DNA from: Octopus bimaculoides
Lineage: Eukaryota
Direction: 5' to 3'
Assembly (NCBI RefSeq): GCF_001194135.2
Contig: NC_068981.1
Location: forward strand, 85,115,780-85,179,779
Length of the DNA: 64,000 bases
Part shown: positions 1 through 12,019 of the stretch, in pieces
Position numbering within the stretch: position 1 is the stretch's first letter
Layout: every line of letters begins with the position of its first letter
Position numbers and translations under genes: made by a program
Notes under the pieces: generated by a model
Databases searched by the model: none
Told to the model about the DNA's origin: nothing
Seen by the model: the letters and a program-made list of their open reading frames with translations, nothing else

Positions 1-33
<33 letters not shown>

Positions 34-379
34 CAAGTAATAATACTTCTGCTGACGTAAGATAATAGTGCTCAGGTTGACATACCGCCTAATTCTTCCA
101 CTTGATCTGCTACAGAAACAGCAGGAACTTTTATAGCTGCATAATAAAGATTGATTATAGGTTGCGTTTCAATGGAGCTGGTATATGTATGATATAATAA
201 GGACTTAAGCAGACAAACAACTAGTATCAGGTCAGATTATGACATTGACAAAACTAAGTGACTACTACAAAATTTCATGTTATAGAAGGGCAATAAAAGA
301 TCAGTTGAGGGATGTTCATAGTAGTTTGGTATAAGCCGGTATTCTCTAGGAATGATTATAGATAAGTCCATATTATTGA

Positions 380-900
380 TATTAGATAATAGGTGAAGCA
401 GGTCAAGATAAGAAAAATCCAAACCTGGATGAGAAGGAAGAAGGCATGCAGGTAATCCCTTACGACGCTTTCAAGAACAGGCGCGTAGATGTTGCATTTC
501 CTCGCAAGGTAGTCGACCACCGATATTTTTAGTAGCAATCTATTCCATCGGAGGAGGGTGAGATAAAAGCGTGAGAAGGACATAAAGATATACTCGTTGC
601 GGGAGAAGTCGAGAAGTGAGCTTAAAGAAAGAGAGACGGAGGATGTAAGGTCATAACAATAGGTATATGGAATCCAACAAATATGACGAGTGATAGATGT
701 ATGAAGTTTTGAAGTTAGAGGAATATATGTAGAAAGAAGTGACCAGTCATTGTGTGGTTAGGGGAACGGGATGCTAAGTGAGATAGCAGAATGGTGGAAA
801 GAGCAGCAGTGTACGGAGTGAGTAATTAGAATTTTCTGTTAGCTGGACTAGCCAGAGGGTGCCTTATGCTATCAGGGACCTAAGTTTCAGAGTAGGGTGT
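380..900 (-). mobile_element. Possible highly decayed CR1/L2-type LINE 3' fragment
   Basis: Minus-strand translation ..ME*IATKNIGGRLPCEEMQHLRACS*KRRKG..DLLHLLSN weakly resembles the 'RATK..YEERL..L.SL..RR..DL' C-terminus of CR1-group ORF2; heavily mutated. Confidence 0.3.
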
Positions 901-929
901 ACACGATAAAATATATTTAAGTAGATTCT

Positions 930-1145
930 TTTCTATTCAAGGCACAAGGCCCGAAATTTGGGGAGAGAGGACAAGTCGATTAAATCGACCCCAATACACA
1001 TCTAGTACTTAATTTATCGATTCCAAAAAGATAAAAAGCAAAGTCGGCCGTGGTGGAATTTTAACTCAGAACGTAACGTAGTGGCAGACGAAATACTACG
1101 AAGCATTTCACTCGGAGTGCTAACGTTTCTGCCAGCTCACCGTCT
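930..1145 (-). mobile_element. tRNA-headed SINE with Nin/Deu-like core (family 1)
   Basis: Reverse complement reads GGTGAGCTGGCAGAAACGTTAGCAC...GTTCTGAGTT..GACTTTGC..GATAAATTAAGTAC..GGGGTCGAT; matches copies at 9546, 20251, 38486 and 54043. Confidence 0.85.
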
Positions 1146-1261
1146 TAATTGCGGTAGATTGGTCAATACAATATGTGTGGGAAGCTTAATTACAAAAACA
1201 AATTAGCCGTGCTGGGACACTGTTTCGAAAAATTTTAATTCAACGAATCGCCCAGCCCCTC

Positions 1262-1552
1262 CTCTTGGTACTTATCATTTTTTTCATTTTTATACTTAAA
1301 CATACTACTTATTCTATCGTTCTCTTTTTCTCTTTTTCCCGAGTCGCTAGCTATGGGGACGTAAGCACACACACACACACACACATATGCATATATACGA
1401 CGGCTTCTTTCTGTTTCCGACTACAAAATGCACTCACAAGTCATTGGTCGGCCTGAGGCTAAAGTAGAAAAAACCATGACAAAGGTGGAGCGCAGTAGGA
1501 CTAAACTCGGAACCATGTCGTTAAAAATGAGCTTCTTAGCCAAACACACAAA
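1262..1552 (-). mobile_element. Degenerate CORE-type SINE (family 2) with internal (CA)n
   Basis: GGGGACGTAA, TTTCTGTTTCCG.CTAC.AAAT.CACTCACAAG and GGTCGGCC.GAGGCTA blocks are shared with the family-2 copies. Confidence 0.75.
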
Positions 1553-2189
1553 CGTGCGCGTACACATACTCACACACACATACGCACACACACACACACA
1601 CGCACGCACACATGCACACATGCACACACGTGTATATATATATATATTAGGGATAAAATGCAAATATACAGGTAAAAACTCATATACTTATTATACTTAT
1701 TTATCGTGCATTTACTTATTAATTTTTTCTATATGTAACCGTGGATTTTCATGGATGAGTTCATGAACTTTGGTTCTTTTCTCTAAAATTATATATATAT
1801 ATATATATAATTGTTGGAGGAATAGCAGTATGTCAGAATGGTTAAGAAGTTTGCTTTGCAACTACAATGTCCTGGATTTCGATCTGACTGAAATGCTACC
1901 TTGGACAAATGGCATTCTTTTATGATCACGAGTCGACCCATACTTTGTAAATGAAATTAAGGTTGCGCAGACGGAAGCTCTATACAGTAACATCGAATGG
2001 CCTATAACTGTATTCAAAAAAGATACACCCTTGTCACACGTATATAGCACGCTGACGCTGCCTGACAATTATGTTAAAGGTACGTGTATAAGCGTGTGAC
2101 ATTGTCAAAAACTTACATATTAAATCAGGAGTAGGTTATTCAGTTGATAGGCCATTGAATTCTTTTCTCTGAAAAACAGAAATCATCCG

Positions 2190-2191
2190 CC

Positions 2192-2262
<71 letters not shown>
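2190..2262. repeat. (CA)n microsatellite
   Basis: Direct inspection. Confidence 0.95.
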
Positions 2263-2269
<7 letters not shown>

Positions 2270-2561
2270 AATCACACTCACATGCATAGATATACACACA
2301 TGCACTCATATGTACATACGCACACACACGTGTGTGTGTATGTCTGTCAGTGTTTTCTTTCCTTTTTTTTACCGGCTATTGACTTGGTTGCAAGGTTGTG
2401 AAAGAGGCTATCATGATCTAACCGTTATCCTTTAAAACTTAAGACGTTCTTGCAGATTTTTGAAGTTCCAGATATTGCGTTCATTTAGAACTTGTATGTA
2501 TGTATGTATGTATGTATGTATGTATGTATGTATGTATGTGTTTGTGTGTGTATACATACAT

Positions 2562-2731
2562 GTAGGCGTGGCTGTGTTGTAAGAAGTTGGCTTCCCAATC
2601 ACATGGTTCCAGTTTCAGTTCCATTGCGTGGCATCTTAGCTAAGTGTCTTCTACTATAGTCTCGAGTCGGCCAAAACCTTGTGAGTGGATTTGGTAGACG
2701 AAAACTGAAAGAAGCTCGTCATGTATGTATG

Positions 2732-2771
<40 letters not shown>

Positions 2772-2989
2772 GTATGTATGTATGTATATGTTTGTCTCCC
2801 TACCATCGCTCGACAACCGATGTTGGTGTGTTTATCTCCCCGTAACTTAGCGGTTCGGCAAAGACGACCAATAGAATAAGTACTAGACTTACAAAGAATA
2901 AGTCCTGGGGTCGATTCGTTCGACTAAAGGGTGGTGCTCCAGCATGGCCGCAGTTAAATGACTGAAAGAAGTAAAGGAGTAAAAGAGTA
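2562..2989 (+). mobile_element. Full-length CORE-type SINE (family 2) with internal (TATG)n/(TA)n
   Basis: tRNA-like head GGCGTGGCTGTGTTGTAAGAAG, CORE-like GTGGCATCTTAGCTAAGTGTCTTCTACTATAG, tail CCAGCATGGCCGCAGTTAAATGACTGAAA and (AGTAAA)-type repeats. Confidence 0.9.
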
Positions 2990-3151
2990 CCTGCCTGAGT
3001 AGACTTATATAAGCGTGTTTTTAATGTATTATATACATTATATACCAGTTATCTACTGGTGAACTTCTATAATATTCTGTGTAACTATCTATGTGAATAA
3101 ATATGTGTGTAGCTATATAAACTCATGAATGCGTATTATTTAATCTGAACG

Positions 3152-3702
3152 TACGAGGGGTTACTGAATAGTTCCTGGATTTAAGGGTATCGCAAAGGGC
3201 CTGTTTGCAGGCCTAATGTTCTGAGTTCTTTTACGGTGCTTAGAGAAACTGAAGGACCGCGGCTATAAGTGTGTGAATCTGAGAGGAGAATTTCCCAACC
3301 GCATCGTTTCAGTTTCAGTACCACTGCGTGGCATCTTGGTCAAGTGTATTCTACTATAGCCCCGGGCTGACCTAAGCCTTACGACTGGATTTGGTAGATG
3401 GAAACTGAAAGAAGCCTGTCGTATATATATATCGTGTTTGTTCCCCACCACCGTTTGACAACTGCTGCTGGTCTATATAGGTCCCTATAACTTAGCTGTT
3501 AGACAAAAGAAACCGATAGAGTAAGTACTAGGCTTTAAAACATTAAGCACTGGGGTCGATATGTTCGTCTAAACTTGAAAGTATCGTCGCAGTCAAATGA
3601 CTGAAACAAGCAAAATATAAAAAATAAAGAAGTTAAATTGACTTATCTTTCTCTATTTTTCTTTTACCGAAAGCCAGGAACTTTTCAACCCCTTCCCTCG
3701 TA
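3152..3702 (+). mobile_element. Internally deleted mariner derivative (MITE) with TA ends
   Basis: TACGAGGG..GAA.AGTTCCTGG at 3152 is inverted-complementary to CCAGGAACTTTTCA..CCCTCGTA ending at 3702; 3243-3290 encodes EKLKDRGYKCVNLRGE, like a mariner C-terminus. Confidence 0.75.
3292..3630 (+). mobile_element. 5'-truncated CORE-type SINE nested in the mariner MITE
   Basis: CCACTGCGTGGCATCTTGGTCAAGTG, GGATTTGGTAGATGGAAACTGAAAGAAGCC and the GCAGTCAAATGACTGAAACAAG tail. Confidence 0.9.
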
Positions 3703-4059
3703 TATGTGGTTGTGTATGCACAACACCACTCAAGCAATGTGCACATACGCAATGCAACGCACGTCACGACTTAACCTATGTTTGACTTTTGAAAAGCACC
3801 ACTTTTATATTAAAAATAACCATAATAGCAATTAAAACATTTACATTACTCCATGCAAAATTATATTCAAGTAAACACTCACCGCCATTAATAAGATACT
3901 TTAAATACTTTAATTGAGATGAAGAAGGCAGACAATCAATTATATGTGTACAATACAAATGTATTCGTTAAGGTCTTCAATACACGCAATGGAAACAATG
4001 CAAAATTAGAATCACCATTTGCGTACCATACTAAACGCATACACACCGTTAAAAGGTTT

Positions 4060-4545
4060 CATGCAGTAAATATGAACTGACCTCTTCTTATCACCTAAGA
4101 TTTGTATCTGATGTCTTCATGTTCAACATTTCTGATTGTTTTTTTTTTTTCTGACACAAGAAATTCTTTTGCAATTGACCTCATTGGTTTTCCTAGATTG
4201 TCTTCAATGTTTTGCGTAACTTCCTGAATAAATTTAGGTGTCCTGAGAAGAATCAGAGCGTTTGGAATGTTTCTTACGTGTTGATAGAGGTTATACGCTT
4301 CTATCTTCTTTCTCTAACTCACATCAAATCTTATGGACAAAAGATCTTGCAACTTTCAAAGAACGACACATTTCCAAATCACCACGCTTAGCCTTCAAAG
4401 CCACAATCAGAGCATGACTTTTCATTTCATTAGTGAGCATAGGGCCTGTCATTGTTATATTCTGAAAAAGTCGTTCGATAAAGATTAGACAAATAAAATA
4501 ATAACTAACAATGCATGTATCCTCAAGTAACGTCCGCACCCTGTA
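4060..4545 (-). mobile_element. Tc1/mariner (maT-like) transposon, 5' end and N-terminal transposase pseudogene
   Basis: Terminus TA|CAGGGTGCGGAC; translation MKSHALIVALKAK..LKVARSFVHKI..RKKHSKRSD..HEDIRYKS is an HTH region homologous to the 33.1-kb copy. Confidence 0.75.
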
Positions 4546-4559
4546 TGTGTGTGTGTGTG

Positions 4560-4591
<32 letters not shown>

Positions 4592-4653
4592 CGTACGTAC
4601 GTACGTAAGTACGTATGTATGTATGTATGTATGTACGTACGTACGTACGTACG

Positions 4654-4683
<30 letters not shown>
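4546..4683. repeat. Compound (TG)n/(TATG)n/(TACG)n microsatellite
   Basis: Direct inspection. Confidence 0.95.
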
Positions 4684-4685
<2 letters not shown>

Positions 4686-4753
4686 AATATGTATGATACG
4701 AGCTGAACATTGTCGCTGCAGTTTTTCAACAGCCCGACATGCTTCCGCTTTGT

Positions 4754-4785
<32 letters not shown>

Positions 4786-6269
4786 GTTTTGTTAAGAACA
4801 AATTCCTGAAGTGATTTACGTTTCTATGCGCACTAAACACGGCTAAATCTTTCAAGAACTGCAGTGAGTGAATAATATTTTTGAGCTCGACATTTACGCT
4901 TTTGTGATCAGTTCTTCGTCCTCTGATTAATTCAATTCTTGACCAAATTAAATGGAAATCAGTTTGCTTAAAAGAACAGCACGCCGCTATATTTTGAAAT
5001 TTGATCCTGTAAAAATGTCGTGACATAATATATTCTTAAAAACAGGAGAGTAACTCATTGAGGCAACGTCTAAACGGAATAGCTTACTTATTTATTTGTT
5101 TTTGTTCTAATTATACTTAAATAAATTATCCAAATGAAAGGAGTCTAATTTTGTAAACCCGGTGGAAATTGGTACACTGGGAAGATCAGAAGGGGCAAAA
5201 TGTGGTCAAATTTTAATGAGAAGAAATACAAAATTGGTCTTTAAGCCATCTATCTCTTATTTTAGAAAACAAAGTACAATAAATTTAACTTTATTGAAAT
5301 ATCAAAATGAGAGAAATCTAATAATAATACCGCGTTAAAATTAGAACGGTAGAAAAATGTGTAAAGCAGAATTTGAGAATAGTAACTAAATGATTTTGTG
5401 TCTATGAAAACTTTGCAAATAAACTCAAATAATAAGAAAATAGAAGAGGGTAGCATTGCACTGGTTCCAACTTTTCATCAGTTTCTGTGAGAATCTTCCT
5501 GGATATACATGGAGTGATTTCTTATATACACAAGTTGAAAATTTTGCGACTTGCAAAATTTTGAAACTGTAAATTTAATAAATTATATGTAGGGAGAAGA
5601 TTTTTAAGCGCAAATACGGAGAATTAAAATTTTTCATTGAAAACTTTATGATATATAAAAAAAAAAGAATATGATTTCTATTTAAATGATTTTTGAAATT
5701 ATATTCCTTTGAATATCGGTGGAACAAATAAACTTCAGAATATTTTTTTAAATATTAAGCATTTTTAATTTAAAAGTTGTTATTGTCTGGGTAATAAAAA
5801 AAATTACGTAACTTTACAGATATTCTTCTGATTATTTTCTATCACTCTCCTCCTGATTGTGGTGTCTGAATGAGGTAAGGCTAGCAAAGGACTGACCAGG
5901 GGAGACGCCCAGTATCATTGCAAGGTTCTACGTGACAATATCCAGCGCATCACCAAGCTGATGCTTGATGTGTCATAATGGCATCAAGCCCATTTCGGGC
6001 CTGATCTATAAGGACAGCACTAGGTAACCATCTGATGTTTGGGTTTGTCATTATGGCACCATGGTCATCGAGGATCTAATCTATGATGAGACTCGTGGTG
6101 TGTTCAGAGTGTTTCTCTAGAATGGGAGTATGACCAGATTCATATTACTTCAAAACCGTCGACTCATATTTGCTGCACTTCTTTTTAACTGGCATCATTC
6201 ATCTATTGTTACTTTATAGGCAGTTTTCTACTTTGTCTTGGATTTCTCATTGATGCCTTAAATATATAC

Positions 6270-6480
6270 TCTTTTATTCTTTTACTCTTTTACTTGTTTC
6301 AGTCATTTGACAGCGGCCATGCTGGAGCACCGCCTTTAGTCGAGCAAATCGACCCCAGAACTTATTCTTTGGAAGCCTAGTACTTATTCTATCGGTCTCT
6401 TTTTGCCGAACCGCTAAGTTACGGGGACGTAAACATGCCAGCATCGGTTGTCAAGCGATGGTGGGGGGGGACAAATGCAG

Positions 6481-6520
<40 letters not shown>

Positions 6521-6606
6521 GACGGGATTTCAGTTTCCGTCTACCAAATCCACTCACAAGGCCTTGGTCGGCCCGAGGCTATAGTAGAAGACACTTGCCC
6601 AAGGTG
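6270..6606 (-). mobile_element. CORE-type SINE (family 2), 5'-truncated
   Basis: CAGTCATTTGAC.GCGGCCATGCTGGAGCACCGCC ... GCTATAGTAGAAGACACTTGCCCAAGGTGC, with internal (TA)n. Confidence 0.9.
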
Positions 6607-8129
6607 CTCTTCGTGACAATACTTTAACCTTTTAGAAAAATGGTCTAATATTTTTTTTCAGATCTGTTTCAATAATTAGTTTTAGTTTATAAAACGTGTT
6701 GCTTGTAAAAAGATTAGAGTAGTAGGGAAAGTGCGACTACAAGAAATAATAGAAAGAAACAGAAACTGTAAGATATCAGAATAGAAGTTGGAATTTCAAG
6801 TTCGAATTATATAAAATTCAGGGTGTTTAGATGGAAAAAAGTGCAGCGAAGAAAATTAAAGGCAAGGCTAGAATGTATTCGGCAGTATGCTGGTGATGTC
6901 CTCAAATTTGAAAGGTCATTTTTATTCCCCGATAACACCCTCTCATGCGCATGTGTAACTGATATGTTACCGATTGTTTTTCGCAGAGTTTAGGAAAAAT
7001 ATATTTTGTGCACTTTGGGGAACAGAGCTTTGTTGGTCAAGAATTATAGGAGTCATGAATATTGCGGGGGAGACTTTTAGGCCGTCAAGATCTCAAGAGT
7101 GTTAGATTATCAGAATTTAAGACTATAGATTAGGAAAATCTCTTTAATCAAACCATTTATCCTTCGATTTTCCCGAGCTGACGAGATACTACTGCCCATT
7201 TGACTCTTAGTAATATAAGTTAGAGTGCATCCTAGTCGCCGTCTCCACTACATGAGAATATTTCTGTATTCCTAAATGTCAGGTTTACTACGATTGAAAA
7301 AGTATGCAAGGTGGGTAGCGGCAATTTTTAAAATTTTGTTAGACTGCCTTCATCTCTATCGTACACAAATGACTCATCTCTTCCCCATCATCCACCATCT
7401 TTCACTTCATAGGAAGTCGATATAGGAAGTTCCATAAAACGTTTTCCGGTGGGAGTTAATACGTAATGTGGAGGTAAAATTACATTTAAATGAAACTAAG
7501 AACTTCAACTCCGATGTTCTTAATGTTCCAATTCGTCTTCTCTATACTTTTGCATGGTATCATTAATTTAGAACATTTTCACTCCCGTGCTCACATTGTC
7601 CCTGCTAATATACAGATTTATCTGTATGTAGATTCTCTCAAATAAGTGAATCTCATTTATTGAGGATGAAGAGCTGTATCATGTCTAAATTAAACATTGT
7701 CTAATGCTTGCTTATTTATGCATTCAGTTACAGATTTCACTTTCTCATAATCGATAAAATACCAGTGATGTTAGAAGATAGCCCCATAAAAAGTCGCATC
7801 TATTGCTAGTATCTCGCATGTAACTTTTGTAAAGGTTATATTGCACTTAATTCCGCATTTAATTCCGTACAAAATTTTGAAAAACAAAATACGTGTATGC
7901 AAAATGTCAAGAACGTCACCGTACTAATTTTTCACTTGTTCATCTGACCGATTGCTTGTACCAGACTATTTCGGTTATTGACATTTAGCTCTACATATGA
8001 TAGGACAGTAATTGGTATGTTTGACCGGTTTGAATAATTCTTTTTTTGCAGTTAAAACTACCTTAATTTGAATGAAATCGCTCCTATTTCCGTCGAAGAC
8101 AATAAAAGTAATTTTGCTACTGGGTATAT

Positions 8130-8516
8130 TCTTTTATTCTTTTTCTTGTTTCAGTCATCTGACTGCGGCCATGCAGCAGCACCACCTTTAGTCGAACAGA
8201 TCGACCCCAGGGCTTATTATTTGTAAGCCTAGTATTTATTTTATCGGTCTCTTTTGCCGAACCGTTAACTTACATAAACACACCAACATCGGTCGTCAAG
8301 CAGTGGTGAGTGGGAGACAAACACACACACACAGACACACACACACACACACACACATGTATATGTTTTCGTCTACTAAATCCAGTCACAAGGCTGTAGT
8401 CGGCCCGAGGTTATAGCAGAAGACACTTGCCCAAAGTGCCACGCAGAGGGATTGAACCCGGACTATGGTTGGGAACAGTGGTTGGGATGCAAGATTCTTA
8501 CCAAACAGCCACGCGA
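8130..8516 (-). mobile_element. CORE-type SINE (family 2)
   Basis: Same blocks as the other copies; internal (CA)n; head ends CTTACCAAACAGCCACGC on the + strand. Confidence 0.9.
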
Positions 8517-8749
8517 CTGTTTGAAGAAATGTTTTTTTAAGTTAGACTTGTGACTGTACGAAAACGGATCGTTACTGTTGCTAATGATAACAGTGACCCT
8601 ATTCCAAACTTTCATGCAGTTATATCAATAAGATATAAGAATTTGAAGATATGTTTATTATCTTAGTCTCAATTCATTAGATAAAAATTATGAAGAAGAA
8701 TAAACAACATCTCCTTATTAGATTTATTGCCTGAAGCATAGAATAAAAA

Positions 8750-8962
8750 ATTTTATAAATATGAAATCTGCTCTTTGTATAAAAGTCAAAAATAATCCAG
8801 AATCCTTGTCCGGTATCGGATCGATCCCAAAATTGAATCAGTTCGTGCCAGTCACAAGACCAAACATACTTGAAAGTTTCATCCGAATCCATCCATGGAC
8901 AAACAAACAAACAAACACGACTGAAAATAATACTTCCGCCTTCGCTATGGCGGAGGTAATAA
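8750..8962 (-). mobile_element. Helentron-associated (HINE/DINE-1-like) element, 5' part
   Basis: Reverse complement begins TTATTACCTCCGCC-atagcgaa-GGCGGAAG (subterminal hairpin), then (GTTT)n; homologous to 49890-50206. Confidence 0.6.
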
Positions 8963-9545
8963 AGTTCTTTTAATTTGACTACGGTTGTAAAACTACTTGT
9001 AATATGGTGATTGAAAATTGTATAATCAAATTACCTGAAGTTTATTTTTGCTTTTGACTGTAAAAAAACAATCTTCATTAAACACTTTATATTGAAGTTA
9101 TTCTCTCTGGTATGCAAAATGTTGTTACGGAGACCCGTAAGTCTGAAAACTAAACCCGTAATTTTTGTAGATTCCAGCAAAGGAGTAATTGATTATCCTA
9201 TTGGATAGGTCCCAAATTTCTCCATACAAATCATAAAAATATTATCTCTTTGGCAATATAAGGAATGTAGACAAAATAAAATCGCCTTTCAGATAATATT
9301 GAGGAAATACACTCAATGGATTTCAACTTAAGTGACCAATGGCGGACCAATGCTTCATCCAATCGAATAAGCTAAACCTCGTTAGACGCGACAACAACTG
9401 GATCTCTTGATCAGTAAAACGTAGCATGAAAATCTGTCTAAGAACTACTGTCTTAAAATAGAAGGGATAAGTTAGGTATGGTAGTTCAACATTTTTTGTA
9501 AATACTATCATGCCTCGCTTTGGATTAAATATCATAAAGGTCACT

Positions 9546-9733
9546 AATTTCGGGGGAGGGGATTAGTCGATTACATCGACCCTAGTGTTTCACTGTTACT
9601 TATTTTATCGACTCCGAAAGGATGAAAGGCAAAGATGACCGCGGCGGCATTTGAATTCGGAATGTAGAGACGGACGAAATGCCGCTAAGTTTTTTGCCCG
9701 GGGTGCAAACGATTCTGCCAGCTCACCACCTTC
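9546..9733 (-). mobile_element. Nin/Deu-like SINE (family 1)
   Basis: AGTCGATTACATCGACCC..CGAAAGGATGAAAGGCAAAG..CGATTCTGCCAGCTCACC. Confidence 0.9.
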
Positions 9734-9857
9734 TGATAGCATAATATTAACACCAATGATTACAATGAATAATGGTAATAGCAAAAATAATGGTGATGAT
9801 TTGGCTACAACAACAATGCTAATCACATGGTTAGTTGAGAAAAGAACAATAACAATA

Positions 9858-9917
9858 ACACCAGTAATAATAATAATAATAATAATAATATTAATAATAA
9901 TAATAATAATCATAATC

Positions 9918-9971
<54 letters not shown>
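9858..9971. repeat. (TAA)n microsatellite
   Basis: Direct inspection. Confidence 0.95.
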
Positions 9972-9972
<1 letters not shown>

Positions 9973-10152
9973 GTGTTTATTAATTGACATGAGTATTCCC
10001 TGTGATCATAATATAGCGGCGAAAGAATTTGACAAGATCAGTAAATATAAAGACTTGCTAATAGAAATTGAAAAAATGTGGCACCTCAAGGCGACTACCG
10101 TACCAGTGACTGTAGGATCTCTAGGAATGATAAAAAAAGGTACTGAAATCTA
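9972..10152 (+). mobile_element. RLE-type (R4/Dong-like) LINE, 3' fragment, copy 1 (runs into gap)
   Basis: KCLLIDMSIPCDHNIAAKEFDKISKYKDLLIEIEKMWHLKATTVPVTVGSLGMIKK resembles a PD-(D/E)xK restriction-like endonuclease C-terminus. Confidence 0.8.
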
Positions 10153-10920
10153 NNNNNNNNNNNNNNNNNNNNNNNNNNNNNNNNNNNNNNNNNNNNNNNN
10201 NNNNNNNNNNNNNNNNNNNNNNNNNNNNNNNNNNNNNNNNNNNNNNNNNNNNNNNNNNNNNNNNNNNNNNNNNNNNNNNNNNNNNNNNNNNNNNNNNNNN
10301 NNNNNNNNNNNNNNNNNNNNNNNNNNNNNNNNNNNNNNNNNNNNNNNNNNNNNNNNNNNNNNNNNNNNNNNNNNNNNNNNNNNNNNNNNNNNNNNNNNNN
10401 NNNNNNNNNNNNNNNNNNNNNNNNNNNNNNNNNNNNNNNNNNNNNNNNNNNNNNNNNNNNNNNNNNNNNNNNNNNNNNNNNNNNNNNNNNNNNNNNNNNN
10501 NNNNNNNNNNNNNNNNNNNNNNNNNNNNNNNNNNNNNNNNNNNNNNNNNNNNNNNNNNNNNNNNNNNNNNNNNNNNNNNNNNNNNNNNNNNNNNNNNNNN
10601 NNNNNNNNNNNNNNNNNNNNNNNNNNNNNNNNNNNNNNNNNNNNNNNNNNNNNNNNNNNNNNNNNNNNNNNNNNNNNNNNNNNNNNNNNNNNNNNNNNNN
10701 NNNNNNNNNNNNNNNNNNNNNNNNNNNNNNNNNNNNNNNNNNNNNNNNNNNNNNNNNNNNNNNNNNNNNNNNNNNNNNNNNNNNNNNNNNNNNNNNNNNN
10801 NNNNNNNNNNNNNNNNNNNNNNNNNNNNNNNNNNNNNNNNNNNNNNNNNNNNNNNNNNNNNNNNNNNNNNNNNNNNNNNNNNNNNNNNNNNNNNNNNNNN
10901 NNNNNNNNNNNNNNNNNNNN

Positions 10921-11200
10921 NATCTAAAAAGAGAAACAATTCCGGTCAAAGTGGGCGCATTAGGTATGATAAAAAAGATATTCAGACAAATACATAACAA
11001 AAACACCAGGACTTACAAATATATATAACATACAGAAAATTGCACTACAGGATACTGCACACATTCTACGCAGAACACTTTCAATACAGTAAACATAAGA
11101 GCACCACAGCAAACCACAGCACATACCCAAGGCGCACAGAGCTGCGCTCGGTAGTGAAGTGAAAGCACGTTATAAAAATAAAACTACTGAAAATAATAAT
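10921..11200 (+). mobile_element. RLE-type LINE 3' fragment, copy 2
   Basis: ..ETIPVKVGALGMIKK..QKIALQDTAHILRRTLSIQ*, then a 3' UTR ending AAAATAAAACTACTGAA(ATA)n. Confidence 0.8.
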
Positions 11201-11945
11201 AATACCAGCAGATGACAACGTTTCTCTAAAAGAAATGGAGAAACTTTCAAAATATAAAGACCTGGAAATAGAGATAACTCGAATGTGGAATCTAAAAAGA
11301 GAAACAATTCCGGTCAAAGTGGGCGCATTAGGTATGATAAAAAAGATATTCAGACAAATACATAACAAAGACACCAGGACTTACAAATATATATAACAGG
11401 CGTAGGACTGGCTGTGTGGTAAGTAGCTTGCTTACCAACCGCATGGTTCCGGGTTCAGTCCCACTGCGTGGCACCTTGGGCAAGTGTCTTCTACTATAGC
11501 CTCGGGCCGACCAAAGCCTTGTGAGTGGATTTGGTAGACGGAAACTGAAAGAAACCCGNNNNNNNNNNNNNNNNNNNNNNNNNNNNNNNNNNNNNNNNNN
11601 NNNNNNNNNNNNNNNNNNNNNNNNNNNNNNNNNNNNNNNNNNNNNNNNNNNNNNNNNNNNNNNNNNNNNNNNNNNNNNNNNNNNNNNNNNNNNNNNNNNN
11701 NNNNNNNNNNNNNNNNNNNNNNNNNNNNNNNNNNNNNNNNNNNNNNNNNNNNNNNNNNACAAGTAAAAGAGAAAAAGAGAGTATACAGAAAATTGCACTA
11801 CTGGGCACTGCACACATCATACGCAAAAACACTTTCAATACAGTAACCATAAGAGCATCACAGCAAACCACAGCACATACCCAAGGCGCACAGAGCTGCG
11901 CTCGGTAGTGAAGTGAAAGCACGTTATAAAAATAAAACTACTGAA
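11201..11945 (+). mobile_element. RLE-type LINE 3' fragment, copy 3, interrupted by a CORE SINE
   Basis: IPADDNVSLKEMEKLSKYKDLEIEITRMWNLK; resumes at ~11783 (CAGAAAATTGCACTAC) and ends in the same 3' UTR followed by (TGA)n(TAA)n. Confidence 0.8.
11399..11779 (+). mobile_element. CORE-type SINE (family 2); assembly gap at its internal microsatellite
   Basis: GGCGTAGGACTGGCTGTGTGGTAAG..GGTTCAGTCCCACTGCGTGGCACCTTGGGCAAGTGTC; tail AAGTAAAAGAG after the gap. Confidence 0.9.
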
Positions 11946-11986
11946 TAGTAATGATGATGATGATGATGATGATAATAATAATAATA

Positions 11987-12019
<33 letters not shown>

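Noticed and set aside
5830-6200. GC-richer stretch, possible RTE remnant (LQNRRLIFA)
   Set aside because: One weak motif only; not supportable by eye.
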